From NCBI GenBank assembly GCA_030390025.1, contig CM059432.1:21144001-21208000 (forward strand): a stretch of 64,000 bases of DNA, in the 5' to 3' direction. This document shows positions 63,737 through 64,000 of this stretch, one piece after another. Within the stretch, counting starts at the first letter, position 1. Every line of letters starts with the position of its first letter. A model generated the notes under the pieces. That model ran no database searches and was not told the DNA's origin. It was given only the letters and a program-made list of their open reading frames with translations. Made by a program: the position numbers and the translations under genes. Source of the stretch: Squalus acanthias. Taxonomy: Eukaryota.

Positions 63737-64000
63737 CACTGCAGTGATCTCATTAGTGCGGTGGGTATACTGGGACAATGTGGTCCATGGGTGAGAATTT
63801 GTGCTTTATAATAAGCTCTTACGTGGTAAGCATCCCTGCCATGTATGCCATGCCCAGAGTCTGAGGAGAGAAGGAGAGGCTGCATCAGACAAGGGGGAAA
63901 AGCTCATATCCACTCAAATTCAATCACTTATCCCAACTTCAATGGGGATTGGCCATGATGAAGAGAACGATATGGGTCATAATGGCCTGACTCCTGTGTC

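Overview
Vertebrate genomic DNA, most likely from a cartilaginous fish (shark), judged from the CR1/HER1-type LINEs, Deu-domain SINEs and V-SINE present. The only host gene is the 3' end of ADGRB1 (BAI1) on the + strand: seven coding exons (341-47359) that splice in frame to give the cytoplasmic tail ending in the PDZ motif QTEV*, then a 3'UTR with AATAAA at 48075. Most of the rest is nested mobile DNA: three near-full-length decayed CR1 LINEs, younger truncated CR1s, an RTE LINE with a 5' inversion, L2 and Vingi-like fragments, SINEs, and many PIF/Harbinger-type non-autonomous elements. The most unusual signals are (i) two MITE copies whose internal hairpins show compensatory base changes, (ii) a twin-priming structure in an RTE element, (iii) a CpG-rich monomer array forming the 5' end of a CR1, (iv) two inverted CR1 copies sharing a nonsense mutation, (v) a BAI2-like 54-nt exon in BAI1, and (vi) minimal hammerhead-ribozyme-like cores. 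Repeat boundaries were read by eye and are approximate; family names rest on recalled motifs, not database searches.
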